The notes under the pieces: model-generated
Database searches by the model: none
What the model was told of the DNA's origin: nothing
What the model saw: only the letters and a program-made list of their open reading frames with translations
Shown here: one piece after another, positions 1 to 10,003 of the stretch
How the letters are laid out: each line of letters begins with the position of its first letter
Position numbering within the stretch: the first letter of the stretch is position 1
Position numbers and translations under genes: made by a program
Source of the DNA: Candidatus Adlerbacteria bacterium
Lineage (GTDB): Bacteria; Patescibacteriota; Minisyncoccia; Phycocordibacterales; SBAW01
NCBI GenBank assembly: GCA_037135035.1
Contig: JBAXLB010000001.1
Span: forward strand, 23,102-87,101
Reading direction: 5' to 3'
Length of the DNA stretch: 64,000 nucleotides

Positions 1-500
1 TAGAGCAATCGCTCCAACTGCATAAAAAATTTGACCTCGCAGTTTCTTTGGAAGTAGGGGAGCATCTTTCCGATAAGGCGTCTCGTGTGTTTGTTAAAAA
101 CTTAACTGATGCTGCGCCAGCCATCTTATTTTCTGCGGCGATACCAGGACAAGGTGGTGTGCACCACATCAATGAACAGTGGCCCAGTTATTGGGAGACA
201 CGCTTCCGCGAACAAGGATATGTCCCAGTCGATTGTCTTCGCCGTCATGTGTTGGGTGATACACGAGTTTCATTTTTCTATGCGCAAAATGTGATGATCT
301 ACGTTAAAGAAACTGAGCTTCCAAAGTATCCCAATCTTGCTGAAGAAATTCGCACCGGCCACGGCGTTGCCCTCTCACTCGTGCATCCGCAACTCTACAC
401 GTATTACGAGAGTCGATGGACAAAAATTGCTCCACTCATTTGGAAAGTGCCATTACCCCTCATCAAGTTCGGCAAGCGCATATTGGCGAAAGGCAAATAG
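1..500 (+). CDS. Class I SAM-dependent methyltransferase, C-terminal fragment (5' end lies outside the window)
   Basis: The reading frame is open from the window edge. The motif 'FDLAVSLEVGEHL' resembles the Rossmann-fold methyltransferase motif. The gene is followed by glycan-modification genes. Confidence 0.5.
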   Translation, partial: EQSLQLHKKFDLAVSLEVGEHLSDKASRVFVKNLTDAAPAILFSAAIPGQGGVHHINEQWPSYWETRFREQGYVPVDCLRRHVLGDTRVSFFYAQNVMIYVKETELPKYPNLAEEIRTGHGVALSLVHPQLYTYYESRWTKIAPLIWKVPLPLIKFGKRILAKGK

Positions 501-503
501 AGA

Positions 504-1667
504 CTAGTGCGACAGTGCAGACACCATTGATCGCAGGTCTTCCGCGGTCATTTCAGGATTGTTCCCTATATAGAACCCCACGCTGTGGATATACTTTGCA
601 TTTGGTAGTGGGTGTACGGTAGACGAGTATTTTTTATAGAACGGCTGCTCGGTCATTGAACCGCCGACAATTGGGCGCAACTCGATACCTGCTTCTTCGC
701 ATCGCGCAACATATTTCCCCTGGATTTCTTTTGAAGTACACAGTACCGGGAACGCAAAATTGGAACATACGTCCATTGATACGTTGATCGGATGGAAGTC
801 GGGATTTTTATATACTTTGGAGAGGATGTTAAAATTTTCTACACGTTTTTTAATCATTTCATCCAAATAAGGTAGTTGTGTGAGCCCAATAAATCCTTGG
901 ATATCTGTTGGGCGTAGATTGTAGGCAAGATCATAAAATGTGTAACGGTCATAGAAGTTTGGAATGTCGTGTGTCTCTCGAAGACCTGTCTGCTCTGCAG
1001 GCAAGAGATTCCTGTTCCATCCGTGTGCACGAACCATTTTAAGCATGGCGTATAGTTCTGCATCATCGGTAAGTATCATCCCACCTTCAATGGTAGACAT
1101 ATGGTGTCCAACAAAGAAAGAAAATGTTGATGCGGTTCCAAAGTTTCCAAGACGCGTGCCTTTGTAAACCGAGCCGAGAGACTCACAATTATCTTCGTAC
1201 AGCAAAATACCTTTTTCCGCGCAAAAGTTTTTGATGGCATCAATGTCGCTGCAGAACCCTAGAAGGTTTGTAATGAAGAGCGCTTGAAATGCCTCAGCTG
1301 CATAGGCTTGCTCGAGCGTTGCCCGCGATATATTGAGAGAATCCAATTCAACATCGACAGGCATGGGAGTAAGACCCATTTGTATAATGGGCATCACGTT
1401 TGTTGCCCAGGTGACCGCAGAGAATGCTACCTTGTCTCCGGATTTCAAAGTTCCAAGGTTTATGAGTGCTTGGAATAACGCAAGGTTTGCAGAACTTCCA
1501 CTGTTTACAAATACAGCAAATTTCCTATCGTGCCATGCCGCAAACACTTCTTCAAATGCAACAGTCTGCGGGCCCATACTTAATTGTTTTGCTCCCATTA
1601 CAAAGTCGCATAGTGCCTTTTTTGTCTCCTCTTCCTTATAGAAGGTGTTTTTGATGAGGGAAATCAT
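504..1667 (-). CDS. PLP/PMP-dependent sugar 3-dehydrase of the DegT/DnrJ/EryC1 fold (ColD/RfbH-like: GDP-4-keto-6-deoxymannose or CDP-4-keto-6-deoxyglucose 3-dehydratase)
   Basis: 387-aa aspartate-aminotransferase-fold protein. The PLP-lysine motif is replaced by 'FFVGHHMSTIEGG' (His for Lys), the hallmark of ColD/E1 3-dehydrases. Its length matches ColD (~388 aa). Confidence 0.7.
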   Translation of the reverse strand: MISLIKNTFYKEEETKKALCDFVMGAKQLSMGPQTVAFEEVFAAWHDRKFAVFVNSGSSANLALFQALINLGTLKSGDKVAFSAVTWATNVMPIIQMGLTPMPVDVELDSLNISRATLEQAYAAEAFQALFITNLLGFCSDIDAIKNFCAEKGILLYEDNCESLGSVYKGTRLGNFGTASTFSFFVGHHMSTIEGGMILTDDAELYAMLKMVRAHGWNRNLLPAEQTGLRETHDIPNFYDRYTFYDLAYNLRPTDIQGFIGLTQLPYLDEMIKKRVENFNILSKVYKNPDFHPINVSMDVCSNFAFPVLCTSKEIQGKYVARCEEAGIELRPIVGGSMTEQPFYKKYSSTVHPLPNAKYIHSVGFYIGNNPEMTAEDLRSMVSALSH

Positions 1668-2650
1668 GCAATTGGTTTTATGTTAATAATGTCAAAGAGC
1701 CATGCGTCGAGGAGCTCCAGTTCTTGTGCTGGAATAAATTTTTGTTCAATAAGCTCTACATACACTGCGCGTAGATTTTCAGCAACTCCTCGCTCGGGAG
1801 TTGCAATTCGTTTCGCTGTATTGAATATATCTTCCGAGTGGAGGTAAATTAACATTTCTGCAGCGAAATCTTTTAGATAATTATGAGGATTTCGTTCTTG
1901 CATAACAGTCGAGGCAGTAAATCCAAGGGTCTTTCCTGCACACCACAAAATTGGTTGTGCAATAAGCCCGCGAACGATATCACTTTCTCGAGGAGAGATG
2001 TATGCGGGCAAATAGAGCAAGGGGAACGCTGTTTTTTCATATGTCGTACTCTGACAGTTAAAAGGTGACGAAGCCCCCGCAGACAATACAAGAGGGCCTC
2101 GTTTGTTGAATGTAATTGCGGCACCTTTTGTAAGGCGATATATAGCGTCGACGTCAGTGTCGTTATCGGCCAGATGTTGCCATATTCCGACAGACCCGCC
2201 GAGCATTTCTTCAGCAGGTTTTTTTTGCTCAAGTATCTTATCAAGCGGGTACCCGCGGGGCCAGATAAACTCATCGGTGAAATATTTATAGATATTTACG
2301 AATCCTTGTTCCGATATGTGTCCGTACGTTCCATCGAAGGAAGGAACCTCCCAAGCCCCAAGAGGAATGTTGTCGTCATCTACTTGGGAGATAATGTCGG
2401 CGCCTTGTTCTATCGCACGAAGGAACCCGACCATGGCGCGAGCCGGGAGGTTCCATGGGAGTTTTTGTATCAGGGCGTAGGGTAGTGTTGCTTGATCGTC
2501 AGCTGAGAAATATGTGACGCCATCCTGATGCCACCCCGGGGGAGATTTTTTATCACCAATAGTGATATTGTCCCATCCTGGCATCTGTGACAATTTAAGA
2601 ACTGCTTCAGTGGGAGGGTTGATTGTTGTTGTAACAATGACTTTTTTCAT
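1664..2650 (-). CDS. Putative glycosyltransferase, DUF288/STELLO (GT75-like) family
   Basis: N-terminus 'MKKVIVTTTINPPT' and an acidic 'QVDDDNIPL' motif. Embedded in a glycan locus. The family assignment is from memory of motifs only. Confidence 0.35.
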   Translation of the reverse strand: MKKVIVTTTINPPTEAVLKLSQMPGWDNITIGDKKSPPGWHQDGVTYFSADDQATLPYALIQKLPWNLPARAMVGFLRAIEQGADIISQVDDDNIPLGAWEVPSFDGTYGHISEQGFVNIYKYFTDEFIWPRGYPLDKILEQKKPAEEMLGGSVGIWQHLADNDTDVDAIYRLTKGAAITFNKRGPLVLSAGASSPFNCQSTTYEKTAFPLLYLPAYISPRESDIVRGLIAQPILWCAGKTLGFTASTVMQERNPHNYLKDFAAEMLIYLHSEDIFNTAKRIATPERGVAENLRAVYVELIEQKFIPAQELELLDAWLFDIINIKPIA

Positions 2651-2665
2651 ATAGCTGAATAGTAC

Positions 2666-3559
2666 CTAATACGGGAGAGTAATCCAGCGTTCAGGAATGA
2701 GGTCGCTTGTGTCAAAGGGCTTCGCAAGCCATTTTTTTGGTGCAATTGTGGTGCCGGTATGTGTTTCTTCAGAGAGCCACGCACCCCACCACCCAAATGT
2801 ACTGTTTGATAGTACATGGTGCTTGCAGAGGCTCATGAGCCCAAGGTCTTCATAGTTTTTGTCGGGGCCTTGCCCAATAAATGTCGTTGGTCGGCCTGTA
2901 ACAAGATTTTCGCGGGCCCACTCTATATCATCCGAAAAAACGAAATATTCTCCTTGCGGAAAACGTTCGTTCAATATCCGTATCGCTTCGTCGTAATACT
3001 CAGGAGGGCAGATACCGTGGTGCTTACTTACTGACGCATGTTTAACAAAGTCCCCGCGGCGTATATGGAATGAAATCGATTCAGGTGAATCGAGTATTTT
3101 TTTTGCTATGTCTTTTGAATAGTCGCTGAGAGGAGTTTTGAGCGCAAACTCTTTTCTGATTATGTCTTTGATGGGGAGAAAATATTTTTCAGATAACCAA
3201 TATCCATCGAGGTAGCAGGGAGGTGTAAGTTCCGTCATTTTCTGTGAAAATGTTGAAATATCTTCTGCAACGTAGCGGCGCGGATTGTAGAAGAAAGGGT
3301 TAAGGAGTTTGCCCCGTATCCCTCTTTGGCGTTTATGGCGCTTGAAGGGTGCTACATCACGCTCTGTTGCATATATTTCCTGGATGTTGAAGTGGCTCAA
3401 GCTGTATGTGTGAAATTCATACGTTTTAAAATCTAGGATGTCGAGTTTCAAATCCGCGTCAGTCTTAAGCGACAACATGCGCGCAAACGCATACTGGAAC
3501 ATTTGATTTCCCAAACCCCCGATGATCTTGGGTATAATTACTGGTTTTGTTTTTTCCAT
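2666..3559 (-). CDS. GT11 family alpha-1,2-fucosyl (or colitosyl) transferase
   Basis: N-terminal 'GGLGNQMFQYA' and 'HIRRGDF' motifs are diagnostic of GT11 (FutC/WbsJ/WbgN-like) enzymes. Confidence 0.8.
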   Translation of the reverse strand: MEKTKPVIIPKIIGGLGNQMFQYAFARMLSLKTDADLKLDILDFKTYEFHTYSLSHFNIQEIYATERDVAPFKRHKRQRGIRGKLLNPFFYNPRRYVAEDISTFSQKMTELTPPCYLDGYWLSEKYFLPIKDIIRKEFALKTPLSDYSKDIAKKILDSPESISFHIRRGDFVKHASVSKHHGICPPEYYDEAIRILNERFPQGEYFVFSDDIEWARENLVTGRPTTFIGQGPDKNYEDLGLMSLCKHHVLSNSTFGWWGAWLSEETHTGTTIAPKKWLAKPFDTSDLIPERWITLPY

Positions 3560-3583
3560 ATGGTACGTGAGCCGGTCAATGTG

Positions 3584-4519
3584 TTATTTCTTAGATTCAC
3601 GATACCATTCAATTGTGTTTTTGAGACCTTCTTCGAAAGTAGTTTTTGCTTGGAATCCAAGTTCGCGCGCTGCTTTTGTTGTATCAAATGTTCTGCGCGG
3701 TTGGCCGTCCGGCTGCCCCGGGTTCCATTTGATTTCCCCCTTAAATTCTTGCATTTCGACTATCTTTTCAATTACGGACTTGATTGTCATCTCTTGGCCT
3801 GACCCCAGGTTAATGGGTTCCGGCTTGTCGAATTTCTCCATAGTAAGAATAATTCCTTCGGCAGCATCATCTACGTAGAAAAATTCACGGGTCGGCTCTC
3901 CCGTGCCCCATGCTTCTATCCAAGGCTGGCCGGCTTTCTCCGCCGCATCAATTTTTAGAATAATCGCGGGAATAAGGTGCGAAGAAACAGGACTAAATTC
4001 ATCGTTTGGACCGTAGAGGTTTGCTATCTGTACTGAAACTGCATTAAAACCATATTCATGATTGTACGCTTCGCCTTGCACCTGCATCATCTTTTTTGCC
4101 AATCCATAGGGCGCGTTTGTTTCTTCGGGGAATCCGTTCCAAAAATCACTTTCCTTGAAAGGGACAGGTGTATATTTTGGATACGAACAGATGCTCCCGA
4201 CACCAAGAAATTTTTTAACGCCGGCCTTACGAGCAGCTTCCATGAGCTCGGTATTCATAATTATGTTGTCGTAAAACAGGAGTCCAGGATGTGCTCGGTT
4301 ATATCCGATGCCTCCTGCATTAGCCGCAAGATGGAACACGATATCCACGCCATTGACGGCCTCCTCACAATTTTTGCGGATACGCAGATCGCATTCTTTC
4401 GAACGTGTAATGCGGATGTTTCCTTCTGGAACTCCACGTGCAATCAGTGCTCGCACGACCGCAGTGCCAAGGAAACCAGCTCCGCCGGTCACGAGTATTT
4501 TTTTATTACTGAGTTCCAT
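3584..4519 (-). CDS. fcl: GDP-L-fucose synthase (GDP-4-keto-6-deoxy-D-mannose 3,5-epimerase/4-reductase), Fcl/ColC family
   Basis: Short-chain dehydrogenase (SDR) with 'ILVTGGAGFLG', 'SICSYPK' and 'NLYGPND' motifs matching Fcl/GER. The ColC homolog of the colitose pathway cannot be excluded. Confidence 0.8.
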   Translation of the reverse strand: MELSNKKILVTGGAGFLGTAVVRALIARGVPEGNIRITRSKECDLRIRKNCEEAVNGVDIVFHLAANAGGIGYNRAHPGLLFYDNIIMNTELMEAARKAGVKKFLGVGSICSYPKYTPVPFKESDFWNGFPEETNAPYGLAKKMMQVQGEAYNHEYGFNAVSVQIANLYGPNDEFSPVSSHLIPAIILKIDAAEKAGQPWIEAWGTGEPTREFFYVDDAAEGIILTMEKFDKPEPINLGSGQEMTIKSVIEKIVEMQEFKGEIKWNPGQPDGQPRRTFDTTKAARELGFQAKTTFEEGLKNTIEWYRESKK

Positions 4520-4539
4520 ATTGTTGTATGATATCGCAT

Positions 4540-5670
4540 TTACGTGCGACGAACTCGTCCTGAGACCTTTTTCTTCTTTGTCTTGGGTCTTTTTTTAATT
4601 TGGGCAGTAGGGTGGGGGATGTCGGAAATTGCTCCACCCTCACCGACATAATCGTGTTCTACCATTTCAGACACTAATTCGTGGAAAAGAGTTGCAGGTT
4701 TCCATCCAAGTACTTTTTTTGCCTTTGTGTAATCGCCAAGCAATACATCCACTTCGGCGGGACGGAAGTGAACGGGGTTGATAGCGATAATTTCTTTTCC
4801 AGTCTTTGTATCTATTCCAACTTCTTTGAGATCTTTCCCTTTCCAGGCCAGTTCAAACCCCAACCTAGCTGCTGCATGTTCTGCAAATTCTCTCACTGAA
4901 TACATTTTGCCGGTGGCAAGCACATAATCGTCCGCAACTTTGTGTTGAAGCATGCGCCACATCCCTTCAACGTAATCTCGTGCATGACCCCAGTCGCGCT
5001 TAGCATCCAAGTTGCCGAGGAAAAGTTTTTCATCTTTGCCTAATTTGATACGAGAAAGACCGCGTGTGATTTTCCGTGTTACAAAGTTTTCACCGCGACG
5101 AGGGGACTCATGGTTAAAAAGAATTCCATTTACTGCAAATACTCCGTAGCTTTCTCGATAATTTTTTGTAATCCAATACGCATAGACTTTTGCTACTCCA
5201 TAGGGTGAGCGAGGATAAAATGCAGAATTTTCTGTCAGGGGCAACTCGACCGCCTTGCCAAACATCTCCGAAGAAGATGCTTGGTAAAACTTTGTTTTAA
5301 TTCCAACTTCGCGGATAGCATCCAGTAGTCGTAATGTCCCAAGACCGGTGACTTGGCCTGTATATTCCGGTATATCAAAACTTGTACGCACATGGCTTTG
5401 TGCAGCAAGATTATATATTTCATCAGGGCGTACTTTTTCAAGGATGCGGTTGAGGTTACTCCCATCGGTAAGGTCGCCATAGTGGAGTGTCAAACGCGAA
5501 GGTCCTATGTGTTGGTATTTATGGAGACTCTCGAGGTGTTGAATCCGAGAAGCATTAAACGTACTGGAGCGTCTAATGATTCCATGCACTTCGTAGCCTT
5601 TTTCGAGGAGAAATTCGGCCAAATACGATCCGTCTTGTCCAGTGATGCCGGTAATGAGGGCCTTTTTCAT
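4540..5670 (-). CDS. gmd: GDP-mannose 4,6-dehydratase
   Basis: '[36 protein letters not shown]' is the canonical Gmd N-terminus. Unusual basic tail '[18 protein letters not shown]'. The ORF track starts 33 nt upstream, at 5703. Confidence 0.9.
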   Translation of the reverse strand: MKKALITGITGQDGSYLAEFLLEKGYEVHGIIRRSSTFNASRIQHLESLHKYQHIGPSRLTLHYGDLTDGSNLNRILEKVRPDEIYNLAAQSHVRTSFDIPEYTGQVTGLGTLRLLDAIREVGIKTKFYQASSSEMFGKAVELPLTENSAFYPRSPYGVAKVYAYWITKNYRESYGVFAVNGILFNHESPRRGENFVTRKITRGLSRIKLGKDEKLFLGNLDAKRDWGHARDYVEGMWRMLQHKVADDYVLATGKMYSVREFAEHAAARLGFELAWKGKDLKEVGIDTKTGKEIIAINPVHFRPAEVDVLLGDYTKAKKVLGWKPATLFHELVSEMVEHDYVGEGGAISDIPHPTAQIKKRPKTKKKKVSGRVRRT

Positions 5671-5731
5671 TGAGGTTCCATCATACTCCGATATATGAGA
5701 CACGAGGTCAAGGTATAGTGCTCTAAAGAAG

Positions 5732-6364
5732 CTAAAGTATTAATCTCTCGGCTACCTCAAGGCAAGCTTTAAAACGTAGATCTACTCCAAAAATAAATTT
5801 CTCCGGTGCCGGCATGTCTGCAAGGGTGAACCATTGTATATCACGAGCTTCTTGGCCTCCATGCAGAGTCTCACCAAGATGGACCTCTCCAATAAGCTCA
5901 ACAGGGAAATAAGAAGAAATCGCGTGTTTAGTAGATTCTGGAAGGAATACCTTCGAATGTATCCAATTCTCTTCCTTTTCTCGAGGAGCAAATTGCCCTA
6001 GAATTACCGGTCTTTCAGAATCAACAAGTAATTTAATTTCACAGCCAAGATCGGTGCGAGCATGACGACGCAATGCATCTTCTATACTTTCAGGCGGATG
6101 GCTTTCCGGTCGACGATTAATGCGTCCGCCAACAGAACATAATTTCCCCGCTAATTTACCGGTATTGCGCACGATTGCCATCGCTTCAAGTTCTCCAGAT
6201 CTGTTACGGCGAACAGGAACCATATCAACGCACATGATAGGCACTATTCTTTCAATAAGAGTATAGAGGGCTTTTGAAATTATAACTCCCTCCGAGGTAA
6301 GTAAATCAGTTCGATCCAGTAGTTCTTGCGCCAACTCCTCAGTAGATTTTTCTTTCAAATACAT
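5732..6364 (-). CDS. Nudix-like hydrolase, possibly GDP-mannose mannosyl hydrolase-like
   Basis: Degenerate Nudix-box-like segment '[29 protein letters not shown]'. Its position next to gmd-fcl mirrors wcaH/gmm in colanic-acid loci. Confidence 0.3.
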   Translation of the reverse strand: MYLKEKSTEELAQELLDRTDLLTSEGVIISKALYTLIERIVPIMCVDMVPVRRNRSGELEAMAIVRNTGKLAGKLCSVGGRINRRPESHPPESIEDALRRHARTDLGCEIKLLVDSERPVILGQFAPREKEENWIHSKVFLPESTKHAISSYFPVELIGEVHLGETLHGGQEARDIQWFTLADMPAPEKFIFGVDLRFKACLEVAERLIL

Positions 6365-6373
6365 AATTTTATT

Positions 6374-7630
6374 TTATAAGGTTTTATAAATCATATATAA
6401 CGACAGCGAGGCGCCCGCTTCGGAAAGTATTGTTGCCCACACTGCGCCCCATAAGCCAAAAAAGGGAATTAGTGCGCAAAACAAAATAAATTCAACAGCT
6501 TGGCTTGAAAGTACTGCAATATAGCGTTTCTTAACTTCTCCATGTGCGACGATATATGAGTCTATTACGCCGCGTGGTTGGAAAAGTATCATAAGCGCAA
6601 GAGCTTGGCTTACCAGGATGGAAGGAAGATATTTAGGGAACAAGAATGTAAACAAGAAAGGAACACATGCTATATATATTCCAGTGAGTAGAATTGCACT
6701 TATTGTAAGTTGGCGCAGTCTGAGTGAAAGGCTTTGTTTCGCATCATTTTTTTCTTTTGCGGCAAGTTTTGGAAAGAGAATGGAAAGAACATTGTCGAGT
6801 ATGTTACGCGTTTCAAGGACTGGTGCCAAGGCAAGTGCGTATATAGCCAACTCCGTACCTCCTGAAAAATGAAACAGAAGTAATTGATCTATTTGACCAC
6901 TTACCAGAAGGAAAAAACCTAATGCGCTTAAGTGTTTGCCGAATGTGATAGTCTCTGAAACGTCTTGATTTGACCCTGTGATTTTAAATCTACGTATTGT
7001 CCATAAATATTGGACCCAGCTCCCTAGCGCATTGGAAAAAAAATAGGCAGCTAGTATCCACACGACGTCTTGCGTGAAGAGGAGCGTGGCTACAATAACG
7101 ATTATAGGAAATAGTAATCGAGGGATGCTATAAAAAAAAGAATGTTTGAAGTCTCCCTTAGCAACAATGATTGATTTTGCTAAGCCAAATCCGTTTGAAA
7201 TGATGTTGAATACTGCAATAAAAAGAAAACCGTATCCAAGCGTAGAATTTCCTTGTAAAAAGTAATATCCACCAATACCGGTACTTACAAGGCTTGCTGG
7301 CACGCTCCACAGCATCATAGTACGCACAAGTGCGGGTACTACGTGTTGTTTACCTTGGGCTACGGCGCGCATAAGTGCGCCCCCCATACTATTGAGACTA
7401 AATGCACCAACAACACTCGCTGCGGCCACCACATATTTATAGGTACCAAATAGTTCAGGCGAAAACAGGTTGGCGAATGCGGTTGTGAGTATTAGACCGC
7501 TTGCTATAGCTATTACACGTCCCAGATTGAACCAGACATTGCTCATAAAAAAGTACACCATATCTGTTTTGGTGTATTTTTCGCTCCGGCGAAGGAGGTC
7601 GTATAGGCCCTGTTTTGCTTTTCTAATCAT
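6374..7630 (-). CDS. Polysaccharide/oligosaccharide flippase (Wzx-like, MOP/PST superfamily)
   Basis: ~12 predicted TM helices across 418 aa. The architecture is typical of O-unit flippases. Located in a glycan locus. Confidence 0.7.
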   Translation of the reverse strand: MIRKAKQGLYDLLRRSEKYTKTDMVYFFMSNVWFNLGRVIAIASGLILTTAFANLFSPELFGTYKYVVAAASVVGAFSLNSMGGALMRAVAQGKQHVVPALVRTMMLWSVPASLVSTGIGGYYFLQGNSTLGYGFLFIAVFNIISNGFGLAKSIIVAKGDFKHSFFYSIPRLLFPIIVIVATLLFTQDVVWILAAYFFSNALGSWVQYLWTIRRFKITGSNQDVSETITFGKHLSALGFFLLVSGQIDQLLLFHFSGGTELAIYALALAPVLETRNILDNVLSILFPKLAAKEKNDAKQSLSLRLRQLTISAILLTGIYIACVPFLFTFLFPKYLPSILVSQALALMILFQPRGVIDSYIVAHGEVKKRYIAVLSSQAVEFILFCALIPFFGLWGAVWATILSEAGASLSLYMIYKTL

Positions 7631-7694
7631 GACGGTACCAGAAGTATAACTGTTCTTTGGTGTAAAAAGGTACTTCTGCTACAATGCCCTTTAT

Positions 7695-9989
7695 ATGTCG
7701 TATACCAAATTCTTGAAGTGGGCGCTGCTTGGCGGCCTGGCCCTGGTGTTCTTTGTTCCTTTTATTATCGCTGACGGAGGAGGTGCCTACCAAAACGGGT
7801 TCAATATGTATATTCCGTTTCCGGGGAGCTTTTTCCCATTTATCACGGGGAAGAACTTCATGTTCCGTATGTTGGTCGAATTGTTGGCAGGCCTCTATAT
7901 AGTGCTTGCACTGCGTGAACCAAAGTACCGACCGCGCACGTCGACTCTGTTGTGGGTATTTGGCGCCTTTGTTCTGTGGATGGGTTTTGCAACCATGTTT
8001 AGCGTTGACCCTACCAAGAGCTTTTGGAGTAACTTCGAACGTATGGAAGGGTACCTGACAGTGCTACACCTGTTTGTATATTTCCTCATTGTGGGTGCGG
8101 TCGCCTCGGCAGAAGAATGGTGGGACCGTTTGTTCCAAGTGTCGATAGTGTCTTCGGCACTTATGGGAGTCTATGCGCTGCTACAGCTTGCGGGCGCGCT
8201 TCCTATAAGTAGCCAGAGCGGCCCGCGTGTTGACGGTACATTTGGTAACGCAACCTATTTGGCAGTGTTTATGCTCTTCGGTGTTTTTATCACACTCTTT
8301 ATGCTTGTGAGGCAGCGGAAGTCTATGTGGGCACAGATATTCTACGGCGTTGCACTTGTGCTGCAGGTTACGACGCTTTACTACACTCAAACGCGCGGTG
8401 CGCTCCTTGGCTTGCTTGGTGGGCTGATACTCGCCGGTCTATATATTGTATGGAAGGGAAGGGATGCGCAGTGGCAGCCGCTCCGCAAAGTTGCTCTTGT
8501 TGGCATTGGGGTTATAGCAGTTGTAGTGGTTGGTTTTTTTGCACTCCGCACAACATCGTTTGTAAAAAACAGCGGGACGCTTTCGCGCTTTTCTTCTATC
8601 TCGCTTAGTGACCAGACAACAACCGCGCGCTTCCAGGTGTGGAACATGGCTCTCCAAGGAGTTAAGGAAAAACCTCTTGTGGGTTGGGGCCAGGAAAACT
8701 TTAACTTCGTGTTCAATAAATATTATTCTCCAGAAATGTACAGTCAGGAGCAGTGGTTCGACCGCGCGCACAACCAATTTTTGGACTGGCTTATTGCGGG
8801 CGGACTGCCAGCATTTGCGCTCTACATAGCTTTCTTCGTACTCTCGGTGCTGGTTATATTCCGTTCTCGTTTGAGTGTGCCCGAACAAGCTGTGCTGATA
8901 GGGTTGCTTGCTGCATACGCGTTTAACAACCTTTTTGTGTTCGACGACCTTGTGAGTTCGGTCTACTTTGTAACGTTCCTCGCATTCTTCCATTCGCTTT
9001 CTAAAGGTGCACTGCCGGGTTCGGTTGCCCTTTCGCGCCCACTTAGTGACAAGGGAATTGCTGTTGCAGCGCCCTTTGTTATGGGTGGCGCGCTTCTCCT
9101 TATATGGGTAGTAAACATCCCCGGCCTTGCCCGCGCTGAAGGGTTGCTTGTCGCACTGACGCCGCAGGTGGGAGTCTCAGACGGTCAGGGCGGTATGCGT
9201 GCTGCACAAAAAGACCCAAAAGCACGTCTGCAAGAATTCCAAACAGCGCTTGATGCTGGTGTATGGCCGGGTACACCGCTTGGCCGTCAAGAAGCAACTG
9301 AACAAATGCTCCAGTATGCTTCGGGTATCGCGGCAGCCGCGTCAGTTGACCCTGCAGTAAAACAAGACACCTTTACGGCGACCCAAAACGCGACGGTAGC
9401 GATGTTGGCGGCGCGCCCGCATGACGCCCGCCTCGAATTGTTTTATGGGGCATTCCTCGACACGTTTGGAAAATATCCTGAAGCGCTAGAGTCGTTGACG
9501 AGTGCACTTGTCGACTCTCCACTCAAACAACAAATAATGTTCGAAAAAGGGGTTGTGTACTTAAACGCAAACGATACCCAAAATGCCCAGAGCGTGCTTA
9601 AGACTGCATTTGACGAAGCTCCAGGTTACCGTGACGCTCGCATTTTGTATGCAGCGGCGCTTACCTACAGCGGTAACCAGAAAAGCGCTGACGCACTTTT
9701 AGTTGAAGCCTTCGGTACGGTGTTAGTAGATGACTCGCGTTTGTTGCAGGTGTACACCAACAAAAAACTGTACGACCGCGTGGTTGGTATATGGAAAGCG
9801 CGGATCGAACAAAATCCACAAAATACACAAAGCCATTTAGGTTTGGCAGCAGCGTACTTTACCTCCGGTAATAAAACAGCTGCAATTGCAGAGCTTAACC
9901 GTGCTGCACAGCTCGACCCGGCGCTTGCTGCCCAGGTGCAGTCGGTTATCACACAAATCCAAAACGGAACACTCGCAGTGCCGAAGTAG
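7695..9989 (+). CDS. O-antigen ligase/polymerase-like (Wzy_C) membrane protein with C-terminal TPR-like domain
   Basis: Polytopic N-terminal half with the Wzy_C-type motif 'YTQTRGALLGLLGG'. The C-terminal ~300 aa are Ala/Leu-rich helical repeats (TPR-like). Confidence 0.7.
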   Translation: MSYTKFLKWALLGGLALVFFVPFIIADGGGAYQNGFNMYIPFPGSFFPFITGKNFMFRMLVELLAGLYIVLALREPKYRPRTSTLLWVFGAFVLWMGFATMFSVDPTKSFWSNFERMEGYLTVLHLFVYFLIVGAVASAEEWWDRLFQVSIVSSALMGVYALLQLAGALPISSQSGPRVDGTFGNATYLAVFMLFGVFITLFMLVRQRKSMWAQIFYGVALVLQVTTLYYTQTRGALLGLLGGLILAGLYIVWKGRDAQWQPLRKVALVGIGVIAVVVVGFFALRTTSFVKNSGTLSRFSSISLSDQTTTARFQVWNMALQGVKEKPLVGWGQENFNFVFNKYYSPEMYSQEQWFDRAHNQFLDWLIAGGLPAFALYIAFFVLSVLVIFRSRLSVPEQAVLIGLLAAYAFNNLFVFDDLVSSVYFVTFLAFFHSLSKGALPGSVALSRPLSDKGIAVAAPFVMGGALLLIWVVNIPGLARAEGLLVALTPQVGVSDGQGGMRAAQKDPKARLQEFQTALDAGVWPGTPLGRQEATEQMLQYASGIAAAASVDPAVKQDTFTATQNATVAMLAARPHDARLELFYGAFLDTFGKYPEALESLTSALVDSPLKQQIMFEKGVVYLNANDTQNAQSVLKTAFDEAPGYRDARILYAAALTYSGNQKSADALLVEAFGTVLVDDSRLLQVYTNKKLYDRVVGIWKARIEQNPQNTQSHLGLAAAYFTSGNKTAAIAELNRAAQLDPALAAQVQSVITQIQNGTLAVPK

Positions 9990-10003
9990 TCCGGCAACAC
10001 GCA

